Shown here piece after piece: positions 19,314 through 27,996 of a stretch of DNA of 60,538 nucleotides. This DNA comes from Bacilli bacterium (GTDB lineage: Bacteria > Bacillota_I > Bacilli_A > RFN20 > CAG-826). The stretch is taken from assembly GCA_044372565.1 (NCBI GenBank), contig JBILRP010000006.1, positions 1 to 60,538 on the forward strand, given 5' to 3'. Position 1 is the stretch's first letter. Every line of letters starts with the position of its first letter. The notes beneath the pieces are model-generated. The model was not told the DNA's origin, did no database searches, and saw nothing but the letters and a program-made list of their open reading frames with translations. The position numbers were made by a program, and so were the translations under genes.

Positions 19314-20402
19314 CTAGCGTTTATATTGCTTCTGCATGAATATCATATCACGAACGACCGCGTCAATAGGCGTATTTCTCATCATCACGACAACCTTAGT
19401 TCCAACCGCTGAATACGGGGTTTCTAGGATGGCCATGGCCAAGGCTTTGGTGGAATCCGGCAAGATATAACCGGTGGTGATTAATCCCACTTGTTTATCG
19501 CCAACCAGCACTGGATATTCCGCTCGTGCAACCCCTCGTCCAAGTAACTCAATGCCCACAAGTTTTTGTTTAACGCCTTGTTGCATTTGTTTCGCGAGGA
19601 CATCTTTACCAATAAAGTTTTTGGTTAATTTAACCGCAAAGGTTAAACCTGCTTCTATGGGAGAAATGTGTTCAGAGATTTCATGAGAGTATAAAGGTAG
19701 TGCCGCCTCAAATCTTAAGGTGTCTCTTGCGCCTAATCCACAAGGGGTCACTCTTGAATCGCCCATAAATGCTAGCCATAAAGCTTGAATGGTTGCTAAA
19801 TCTCCATAGACCTCAAAGCCATCACTCCCGGTATATCCGGATCGAGAAATGAGCAATTCTTTTCCTTGATATTTCGTCATGATAAAAGTCATGAATTTAA
19901 GTTGACTTAATTCAACTTTTTTGGTGATGTGCGTTTGCAGGACCGCTTCTGCCAATGGCCCTTGAAGGGCAATTTGAAGTAACTGGCTTGTGACAACGTC
20001 AATGCTGACATCAAAATTTCCTTTTTTCGAGGTTAACCATTCAATATCCACTTGGCTATTAATCGCATTCAAGACCAAAAGAATCTTTTTAGGAGATAAA
20101 ACATACGCGATTAAATCATCAATGGGGTATCCTTGTTCGTTGCACATGAGGGCATAAATCGCTTTGTTTTCTGGTTGACCAGCGATTTGATTGGTCACTA
20201 ATGATTCCACAAAAGCGATGGCGTCTTTGCCTGTGATGTAGATTCTAGCCATATGGGAGACATCAAACACCCCAGCTTGCTGCCGAACAGCTCGGTGCTC
20301 GGCGACTAAACCTTTGTATTCTTGCGGCATGGTAAAACCACCGTAAAAAACTATTTTTGCACCTAATTTAACGTGTTCATCGTGGAGTGGTAATTTTGCC
20401 AT
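19314..20402 (-). CDS. gcvT: Glycine cleavage aminomethyltransferase T
   Basis: FDVSHM, RSGYTGSDGFE, GLGARDTLRFEA. Confidence 0.97.
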   Translation of the reverse strand: MAKLPLHDEHVKLGAKIVFYGGFTMPQEYKGLVAEHRAVRQQAGVFDVSHMARIYITGKDAIAFVESLVTNQIAGQPENKAIYALMCNEQGYPIDDLIAYVLSPKKILLVLNAINSQVDIEWLTSKKGNFDVSIDVVTSQLLQIALQGPLAEAVLQTHITKKVELSQLKFMTFIMTKYQGKELLISRSGYTGSDGFEVYGDLATIQALWLAFMGDSRVTPCGLGARDTLRFEAALPLYSHEISEHISPIEAGLTFAVKLTKNFIGKDVLAKQMQQGVKQKLVGIELLGRGVARAEYPVLVGDKQVGLITTGYILPDSTKALAMAILETPYSAVGTKVVVMMRNTPIDAVVRDMIFMQKQYKR

Positions 20403-20502
20403 AAGTAAACCTCTTTTATGGTCCTTATTTTAACTCATAATCCTTGAATGATGTTAGTAAAATCAAATCAATTTTTTAAAAAATTTCTAGGATTATTTAA
20501 AT

Positions 20503-20548
20503 AAAAAATACTTCCAACAAGTGAGGTTAATTCTCCAACTTTTGGAAG
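20503..20548 (-). terminator. Probable terminator downstream of tRNA-Ala
   Basis: Minus strand CTTCCAA-AAGT..GAG-loop-CTC-ACTT-G-TTGGAAG followed by TATTTTTT. Confidence 0.55.
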
Positions 20549-20564
20549 CTAGATTAATGCAAAT

Positions 20565-20640
20565 TGGTGGAGCTGACGAGGATCGAACTCGCTACCTCGT
20601 CGTTGCGAACGACGCGCTCTCCCAAATGAGCTACAGCCCC
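20565..20640 (-). tRNA. tRNA-Ala (anticodon CGC)
   Basis: 76 nt GGGGCTG...CAGCTCCACCA with G3:U70, anticodon arm CGTCG-TT-CGC-AA-CGACG, T-loop GTTCGATCC, encoded CCA; upstream TTGCTA-N17-TAATCT. Confidence 0.97.
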
Positions 20641-20732
20641 AATATTGCCACTCAAGATTATCAAAAAAAGCATCATTTAGCAATCATTTATATACATTTT
20701 TAATGTATCTTGCTTAGGTTAAAACTTTTTTA

Positions 20733-20761
20733 TTGTAAGCGCATACAAGATATTATATGAT
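20733..20761 (+). promoter_or_regulatory. Glucan-locus promoter TTGTAA-N17-TATGAT with a cre-like site over the -35
   Basis: TTGTAAGCGCATACAA (20733-20748) fits WTGNAANCGNWNNCW; -10 at 20756-20761. Confidence 0.7.
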
Positions 20762-20765
20762 AAAA

Positions 20766-20777
20766 GAAACCGATTTC
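20766..20777. promoter_or_regulatory. LacI-family operator candidate over +1
   Basis: GAAACCGATTTC near-palindrome with central CG, 4 nt after the -10. Confidence 0.6.
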
Positions 20778-20807
20778 CTTGTCAAAGGATAATAAAGGAT
20801 ATTGATT

Positions 20808-23800
20808 ATGAAAACGTTCATGAGTGAGACGTATCAAAAACAAAAACCGTTTGCAGGATTTTTACCAGGAATCGCTGGCAAAGAAGGACTGCCGATGTGG
20901 GTCTTTTATGTCAATCGAGGGCAAGCGATTAGTACCTTTGGGGTGAGAGATAAAAATGGGGCAATCACTGAATTTTATCCTGCTAACTTAGCGTACGCAT
21001 ACATCCATCAAAATGGATTTCGTACGTTTATCAAATATAAAGAAGAAGTCTATGAGTGTTTCCAAGAAAAAAATGAACGGCAAACATTGACTGTGGATGC
21101 GCATGAAATCATCATCGAAGAAACCATTCCACAGTGGCAACTTAAGATCAAGGTGACGTATGCAACCCTTGCGAATATGCCTTTATCCGCTTTGATGAGA
21201 AAAGTAGAGATCACGTCTCTGGATGGTGTTGAAAAAAAACTGATCGTGATTGATGGACTTGCCCAAATCTTACCTGCTGGGATTGATTATGGTGGCTATA
21301 AAGCAGTCAGTTATTTACTCCAAAGTTGGATGGAAGTTCAAGAAAATGACAACCATGTCTTTTTAAAGTTACGTGCATCAACCGCAGATTCTAGCGAAGT
21401 CAAAGCAGTGGATGATGGTAATTTTTACACTTACGTTGGCTTAAATAAAAAGCAATACTTGTATGATTACAAGGCTGTTTTTGCTCAAGATTCTTCGTTT
21501 ACGACGCCTTACCGTTTACAAGCATTGGATTATCAAAATTTAGTGAAACAAACCCAAGCTCCCGTCAATCAAGTCCCTTCGGCTTTTGTGGTCTCTGAGC
21601 TTGTCGTGAAAACCACCACGAGTTTCTATGGTGTCTTTGGCTATAGTCAAAACCGCACCCAATTATCGCCTCTAGTTCAAAAGATGAATGCAGCTTTTTT
21701 AGACCATAAGTTTAAGGAAAATAAATTAACCGTGGACTCGCTGACTTCTGAAATTCAAACCCAAACGTCAAAGCCCATGTTTGATTCTTATTTGCAACAA
21801 TGCTATCTCGACAATATTTTACGAGGGGGTTATCCAATTCAATTGGAAACCTTAGATGGACCGGTTGGGTATCACATTTATTCCCGTAAACACGGTGATT
21901 TAGAAAGAGACTATAATTTCTTTTCCTTAGAACCAAGTTATTTATCTCAAGGCAATGGCGCGTTCAGAGACGTGTTACAAAATCGACGAAATGATTTGTA
22001 TTTTCACCCAGAAGTGGGCACCACAACCATTGCTCAATTTGCTTCGTTGATTCAAGCGGATGGCTATAATCCGTTAAGCATTGAAGGGATTATGTTTACC
22101 TTTCAAGGTGATGCAAAAAAATATCCATCTTCCATTCAAGACGTCCTTAAGCAAGAATTTACTCCTGGACAAATCGCTAACATAGCGGGTCAATTACAAC
22201 TACCTGTGATGGAAACAGTGACGAACATTGTTAAACAATCCCGTTATCATTTCAAAGCGACGTTTGGTGAAGGCTATTGGGGCGATCACTTTACGTACTT
22301 CTTGGATTTGATTGAAACGTATCTAGATATTTATCCAGATCAAGTGGAAACCTTACTTCAACAAAAGCATCGTTACTTTTTATCGCCGGCTCATGTGTTA
22401 AAACGCGATGAAAAATATATTTTAAAGAATGGTCAAGTTCGTCAGTACCACGCGGTCCATCATGATCATGCCTTACCTCCACGTGGATGGTTAAAACTTG
22501 CCAATGGAGAAGAGGCCACCACGTCTTTATTTGGAAAATTATTGACCTTAGTCACCAACAAATTTTCCCAACTAGACCCTGAGGGTCTTGGTTTAATGTA
22601 TGAGGCTGAAAGACCGGGTTGGAACGATGCGATGAATGGGATACCTGGTTTATTCGGGTCCGGCGTCTCGGAAATGCTTGAATTAAAAAGAATCGTTCAG
22701 TTCTTACGACAACAAAATATGGTTGATGTAGACGTGCTTTCTCCTTTAAAAACCCTCATCCAATCTCTATTCAATAACAACGAGACTACTTTATTTGGCC
22801 AATGGTCAAAACGCATGGATGCGTTAGAAACCTATCGTGATCAACTTAAACTTCCTTTATCCACATCCACATTACCTGTGTCAGTGATTCAAAAGTTATT
22901 AACACACATGGCGGACACACTGCAACAATCGATGGATCGATTGTTAAAGATTCATCCGATTCCTTATACCTATTTTATGTATGAAGTTGATCGTTATGAT
23001 TTACTACCCAAAGCCAATGCAAATGCGCTGCAAACCGTTCGGGCGAAATCTTTCAAACGCACACCTTTACCTCACTTCTTAGAAGCTCCCGCACGCATGC
23101 TATCCAATGGTTTTTTGACCCCGGAACAAGCGAGCAAACTCTACGGTGCCATCAAACAATCCCCGTTATATGATGTCCCTTTGAAAATTTATAAAACCAG
23201 TGCCCCACTCGATCAACAATCGATGGAAATTGGTCGGATACGAGCGTTTACACCAGGTTGGTTAGAACGAGAATCGGCCTTCTTACATATGACTTATAAA
23301 TACATGCTTGGGTTATTAAAAGCAGAAACGTATCCATCATTTTTTGAAGCGATGAAGGATGGATTGACGTGTTTTATGAATCCACAAGTCTACGGTCGAT
23401 CCCCTTTAGAAAACTCGTCCTTTATTGCCACATCCAATAATCCAGATGCTTCCAAGCACGGTCAAGGATTTTATGCCAGATTATCGGGATCAACTGCCGA
23501 AGTCCTGTCGATGTGGAAACGATTATTATTTGGTGCAACATTATTTACCTATGCCAAGCGTCAACTTCAATTTCAAATTCAACCGACGATCCCACTAGAT
23601 TATTTTAAGGATGGCATCATCGAAACCACTTTATTTGCCCAAACCAAGATTCGTTTCATCATCACAGAAACCGTCAAACCAACAACCCAAGCATTCACCG
23701 TCATTGGTTATCGATTAGTGTTACCTCAACAAACCCAACCTATTGTCATTCATGGTGCCTCCATCAAAGGTGAGCATGCCTTGGCAATTCGGCAAAAACG

Positions 23801-23846
23801 TTTTCGTGAGATCGAAGTTTTGTTGAAGGGAGGTCCCACCAACTAA
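20808..23846 (+). CDS. GH161-like beta-1,3-glucan phosphorylase
   Basis: PFAGFLPGIAG..GLPMWVFYVNRGQ, YSRKHGDLERDYN, SQGNGAFRDVLQNRR, PGWNDAMNG, PGWLERESAFLHMTYKY; no signal peptide; GH16/GH30/CBM4 context. Confidence 0.75.
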   Translation: MKTFMSETYQKQKPFAGFLPGIAGKEGLPMWVFYVNRGQAISTFGVRDKNGAITEFYPANLAYAYIHQNGFRTFIKYKEEVYECFQEKNERQTLTVDAHEIIIEETIPQWQLKIKVTYATLANMPLSALMRKVEITSLDGVEKKLIVIDGLAQILPAGIDYGGYKAVSYLLQSWMEVQENDNHVFLKLRASTADSSEVKAVDDGNFYTYVGLNKKQYLYDYKAVFAQDSSFTTPYRLQALDYQNLVKQTQAPVNQVPSAFVVSELVVKTTTSFYGVFGYSQNRTQLSPLVQKMNAAFLDHKFKENKLTVDSLTSEIQTQTSKPMFDSYLQQCYLDNILRGGYPIQLETLDGPVGYHIYSRKHGDLERDYNFFSLEPSYLSQGNGAFRDVLQNRRNDLYFHPEVGTTTIAQFASLIQADGYNPLSIEGIMFTFQGDAKKYPSSIQDVLKQEFTPGQIANIAGQLQLPVMETVTNIVKQSRYHFKATFGEGYWGDHFTYFLDLIETYLDIYPDQVETLLQQKHRYFLSPAHVLKRDEKYILKNGQVRQYHAVHHDHALPPRGWLKLANGEEATTSLFGKLLTLVTNKFSQLDPEGLGLMYEAERPGWNDAMNGIPGLFGSGVSEMLELKRIVQFLRQQNMVDVDVLSPLKTLIQSLFNNNETTLFGQWSKRMDALETYRDQLKLPLSTSTLPVSVIQKLLTHMADTLQQSMDRLLKIHPIPYTYFMYEVDRYDLLPKANANALQTVRAKSFKRTPLPHFLEAPARMLSNGFLTPEQASKLYGAIKQSPLYDVPLKIYKTSAPLDQQSMEIGRIRAFTPGWLERESAFLHMTYKYMLGLLKAETYPSFFEAMKDGLTCFMNPQVYGRSPLENSSFIATSNNPDASKHGQGFYARLSGSTAEVLSMWKRLLFGATLFTYAKRQLQFQIQPTIPLDYFKDGIIETTLFAQTKIRFIITETVKPTTQAFTVIGYRLVLPQQTQPIVIHGASIKGEHALAIRQKRFREIEVLLKGGPTN

Positions 23847-23907
23847 CGATGATGTAGCCAAGTAGAAAGCGTTGTTCACTCTTAATCATCATGAAAGGAA
23901 ATTATTG

Positions 23908-26469
23908 ATGAAACATTATTGGAAAGGTCTTACCATCACGTTAGCAGCCTTGGTGCTTGCTGCGTGCGGGACGCCAAGCTCAAGTAGCCAAGACAGCTCG
24001 ACAAGTGCATTAACTGCCATCACGATTAATGGTGCCAACGACGTATCCATTGAGTTTGATGCCGATTTTAACTTTTTAACAGGCGTAACTGCCACAGGAA
24101 ACGATGGTACTAGCTATACAGAGGACCTCACGCTTTCCTCTATCTCCCCAGCGGTGAATACCACCACGGGTGATTTAGACACCACCAGAACCGGTGTTCA
24201 CACCGTTCAATATCGTGTTCAAGTTGGAGTTTTAGTTGCCACAAAATTCAGAAACATTACTGTTGGACAACCTCAATCAACAGGCGGGATGTTACTCAAT
24301 CCAGATTTTGCATTAGGCACAGCTGGCTGGGATGATCCCGGTGTTGTCTATAACGAAAGTGGATCCAGTATCGCTTTTGATATCGAAGCAGGTGCATTAA
24401 AAGTTGTGGTCGTGACAAGCCCAGTTGCCTATGCTCCTCGATTTGGACAAATGAATGTCCCATTTGAAATCGACACCACGTATGAAGTTAGCTTCCGCGC
24501 GAAATCAAGTGCAGTAAAACCTATTAATTTAAACGCTGGTGAATTATTAACCTCGGCTCCTTGGTTCACTGACTTCAAACCAGGTCAACCAGAAGTGAGA
24601 ACCATCGGCACTGAATGGGCAACGTATTCGTTTACCTTTACTCACCGTTTAGATAATCAACGCGGTGGAATTTTATTTGAACTAGGAACCGTCAGTGGTC
24701 AAAGTGTCAATTCGACGATGTATTTTGATGACATTGCCATTGAAGAAGCCACCGCTGGTCCAGACGTCACTGCCCCAAATTTCAACGGGGTGCAAAGTAC
24801 AGTCAGTATCTTAGTTGGCTCAACCTATGATCCATTAAATGGTGTCACTGCATTAGACATCGTTGATGGCGATTTAACCGATTCAATTTTAGTAGAAATT
24901 CTTGATAGCAATAACGCGACAGTGAGTGCAGTAAGCACAAGTGCTCCTGGTGTTTACACGGTCAATTATTCTGTTGAAGACGCTAATGGAAACGAAGCAA
25001 CTGCTCAAACCACCGTCAATGTGGTGAACTTAGCTTTCCGCAATGAAAACTTATTAGTCAATGGTTCATTCGCAACTGCCATTGGCGAAGAGTGGGGATA
25101 TTGGCAACAAGATTGGGGCACTGCTCCGGTTGTGAATCGCTCGCAAGATGTCAACGCTGGTACATATAGTTTAGATATTACTGGTGGCGGCGATGCTGTC
25201 TGGGCCATTCAATATTTCCAAGATAATGTCAACTTAGTTCAAGGAACAACGTATCGCTTTTCTGTAACCGCTGCCGCTTCCGTTGCTCGCAAATTAAGCG
25301 TTGGCATTGGTTATGGCAATCCTTGGAATGAATACGGACGTAAGAATGGACTTGAAATTGGTACCACCTCGTCAACACAAGACTTTGTCTTTACGGTCAC
25401 CAAAGCAACCGCAGATGTGAAGGTTGTTTTAGAATTAGGCACGCAAGATGGTTTTGCCAATGGTGTCCTAACACTTTCTGAAGTTCGTCTACAACGATTA
25501 GATGCCACCGCACTCATTGCAAACAATGATTTCTCTAACTCAGGTTGGAGAGGTTTTGCGAACACATGGCAAGGCACTGCTTTTTCGACAGATGTTGTGA
25601 ATGGTGAATTCAAGATGACTGTCACCGCTGTGAATGTTTATGAATCTTGGCATTTACAAATTGTCCAAGACGCAGAATCATTAACAGGTTTACCAGGTAC
25701 GAGTTCCTTCTTGGATCTCGCCCCAAGCACAACCTATGAATTAAAATTTGACGCGTATGCTTCTAAAGCTGTGACCATAACGCCGAATATTTTTGGTCAA
25801 AATATTTGGACAAACTTTGTTCAAAGTCCAACCACAACGTTAACAACCTCCAAAGTAACCTATACCTTATCCGTGGTCACGGGTGCGACTTTGAATGATA
25901 CAGAAAAATTAGCATTTGAGTTTGGCACAGGTTTACCCTTAACGGACAATGTTCCAGTATCAGTTTATTTAGATAATGTTTCGTTAAAAACCGGTGGTGT
26001 TGATGTGGCCACGCTTTATAACGGAACGATGGAAGCTATTCTAGGTGGTCACACTTTCTTTACCGAACACGGTGGAACGATGACGCGCGGCGTTAATGGC
26101 GGAGCATCGATTGTTGTTCCTGCATTAGGTGGCGCTGCCTATCAACCTCATTATTTCTATATTTTCCCAACGCTAGCGAAAGGCAAGTATGAAGTGAAGA
26201 TTGCGTTAACAAGTTCAGTGACTCGTGATTTACGCTTTAATATTATTCTTCCTGATGCAGGCTATGCTTCGATCTTACCTGACAACTTTGTTGATTTCAC
26301 AGTGACTGCAGACACCCCTTATGTCTTTACGGTTTCCTTTGAAGTCATGACTCCATTAACCAATGTGAAGCTTGAATTAGACTTAGGAAACCTTGGTGGT
26401 GGTAACCTCTCTCTACCAGGAAAATTCTTAATTTCAGAAGTCCTAGTCTATGCTAACTACAATAGCTAA
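23908..26469 (+). CDS. Surface lipoprotein with two Ig-like (DUF5011-type) and four CBM4_9-like domains, no catalytic domain seen
   Basis: Lipobox LAAC and Ser-rich linker; repeated (L)xN.xF...W...TTY.xF.A.AS...(F/L)ELGT modules; Ig-like DPLNGVTALDIVDGDLT...PGVYTVNYSVED; SD AAAGGA. Confidence 0.75.
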   Translation: MKHYWKGLTITLAALVLAACGTPSSSSQDSSTSALTAITINGANDVSIEFDADFNFLTGVTATGNDGTSYTEDLTLSSISPAVNTTTGDLDTTRTGVHTVQYRVQVGVLVATKFRNITVGQPQSTGGMLLNPDFALGTAGWDDPGVVYNESGSSIAFDIEAGALKVVVVTSPVAYAPRFGQMNVPFEIDTTYEVSFRAKSSAVKPINLNAGELLTSAPWFTDFKPGQPEVRTIGTEWATYSFTFTHRLDNQRGGILFELGTVSGQSVNSTMYFDDIAIEEATAGPDVTAPNFNGVQSTVSILVGSTYDPLNGVTALDIVDGDLTDSILVEILDSNNATVSAVSTSAPGVYTVNYSVEDANGNEATAQTTVNVVNLAFRNENLLVNGSFATAIGEEWGYWQQDWGTAPVVNRSQDVNAGTYSLDITGGGDAVWAIQYFQDNVNLVQGTTYRFSVTAAASVARKLSVGIGYGNPWNEYGRKNGLEIGTTSSTQDFVFTVTKATADVKVVLELGTQDGFANGVLTLSEVRLQRLDATALIANNDFSNSGWRGFANTWQGTAFSTDVVNGEFKMTVTAVNVYESWHLQIVQDAESLTGLPGTSSFLDLAPSTTYELKFDAYASKAVTITPNIFGQNIWTNFVQSPTTTLTTSKVTYTLSVVTGATLNDTEKLAFEFGTGLPLTDNVPVSVYLDNVSLKTGGVDVATLYNGTMEAILGGHTFFTEHGGTMTRGVNGGASIVVPALGGAAYQPHYFYIFPTLAKGKYEVKIALTSSVTRDLRFNIILPDAGYASILPDNFVDFTVTADTPYVFTVSFEVMTPLTNVKLELDLGNLGGGNLSLPGKFLISEVLVYANYNS

Positions 26470-26484
26470 AGGAGGCGATAAATA

Positions 26485-27939
26485 GTGAAACATAAAGCCA
26501 AATTATCCGTGGTTGCTTTGTTTGTCCTTGCTGGATGTGGGGGAACCCCATCCAGTAGCGGCAACACGACAACGAGTGGAACGCTCCAGCCGATTACGTT
26601 ATCTTATGCCGATTGGGGTAATCAAGAACTCAATCGAAGAATGCTTGATTTATTTCAAATACGATACCCACACATCACCGTTGAACTTCGCCAAGATATT
26701 GTTGGTGCTGGGGCACAGTTTACAGGAAATCTCGTGACGGCTGCGCAAGCCGGATTACTACCAGACGTCTTTGCCACGGACAACGTTCCTACCATCATCA
26801 ATGCTGGGTTAACGTTAGATGTTGCGGAATTCTGGGATGCCGATGCCGATGCAGAATTAGTCTATGACAACATTGCCCTTGCTGGTGTTTATAATGGCAA
26901 ACGATATGCGGTTCCTTCGTTTCAATTCTTAAAAGGAATATTAATTAACCTTGATATTTTTGAACGAGCCAACCTTCAAACGGTTGCCGGAAAATATCGC
27001 ATTGATAATGATGGATATCCAGTCAAAGATTGGACGTTTGAAGAATTCGTCAATATCGCTAAAGATATTAAAAATTTTGATTTGGTGAACACAGAAAACT
27101 TAGTCGTTGGCATGGACACATGGTATGGATCCCCTGATTTCCAACAAGTGTGGCCGATGATGCAAAATGCAGAAACCCAATACGACACGTGGGATGGTGA
27201 ACAATTTAATTACACTTCGCCAGACTGGATTAGTGCGATGCAAGCTAAAGTTGAGCTTCATCAATTAACCAACGGTACCACCACTCGCTTTACCCCAGAA
27301 GATTATGACGCCGAAGACAATGACGAATTAAGAACTTACATGATTCAAACAGGATATGCGGCCATGGATATCGAAGGCTCTTGGCAATTTTGGGTCATCA
27401 AAGATGCGATCGATAATCGCGACTTTGAATTAGGTTTCTGGCCATATCCTCAAGGTGATGCTGGTTTATTTCCACCAACGATTTTAGACTTCCAAGCAAT
27501 CTCTTCCCAAACCGAACATCCTGAAGAAGCATACTTATTGGCAAAGTGGATGACCTATGGTCAAGATGGCTGGAACGCAAGACTTTCCTTACTTGAAGCG
27601 GATCGTGAAGACACCATTGCCGAAGGGCTTACCCCAGAGTTCTTGGATCGATTCCCGATCGCGGACTATCCAGGGGTTTGGACTAGAGTTGAAGGTTTAG
27701 TTGAAGGAATTCAAGGCATTGATGCCATCTTTGATCGCATTGAATTTTCAAAACCAGACTTAGACAAATGGTTACCAGGATATAAAGATTTCTGGGCTTG
27801 GGCGTATGCAGAAGATAATCCATTCAACTTTAATAACTTAGTCTTAGAAGGACCTAACGCTGTCCCAACCTATGCGGAAGCATGGCAGGAACAAATCAAT
27901 TTACTGGTGAGCGCTCAGCTTGAAGCATTAGGAACTTAA
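26485..27939 (+). CDS. ABC carbohydrate solute-binding lipoprotein (family 1)
   Basis: GTG with SD GGAGG, lipobox LAGC, LPDVF, GKRYAVP, INLDIFE, DWTFEEF. Confidence 0.88.
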   Translation: MKHKAKLSVVALFVLAGCGGTPSSSGNTTTSGTLQPITLSYADWGNQELNRRMLDLFQIRYPHITVELRQDIVGAGAQFTGNLVTAAQAGLLPDVFATDNVPTIINAGLTLDVAEFWDADADAELVYDNIALAGVYNGKRYAVPSFQFLKGILINLDIFERANLQTVAGKYRIDNDGYPVKDWTFEEFVNIAKDIKNFDLVNTENLVVGMDTWYGSPDFQQVWPMMQNAETQYDTWDGEQFNYTSPDWISAMQAKVELHQLTNGTTTRFTPEDYDAEDNDELRTYMIQTGYAAMDIEGSWQFWVIKDAIDNRDFELGFWPYPQGDAGLFPPTILDFQAISSQTEHPEEAYLLAKWMTYGQDGWNARLSLLEADREDTIAEGLTPEFLDRFPIADYPGVWTRVEGLVEGIQGIDAIFDRIEFSKPDLDKWLPGYKDFWAWAYAEDNPFNFNNLVLEGPNAVPTYAEAWQEQINLLVSAQLEALGT

Positions 27940-27951
27940 TCCTCATCGAAT

Positions 27952-27976
27952 GGAAGACCTCATCACGAGGTCTTCC
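27952..27976 (+). other. Intra-operon 10-bp stem-loop after the SBP gene
   Basis: GGAAGACCTC-ATCAC-GAGGTCTTCC, followed only by TTCTT. Confidence 0.7.
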
Positions 27977-27996
27977 TTCTTAGGTCAACTAAAAAA

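Noticed and set aside
20521-20703. 60-aa plus-strand ORF
   Set aside because: Antisense shadow of tRNA-Ala
23862-23878. Second cre-like site AGAAAGCGTTGTTCA before the CBM lipoprotein
   Set aside because: Poor symmetry, mismatches to the consensus and no associated promoter
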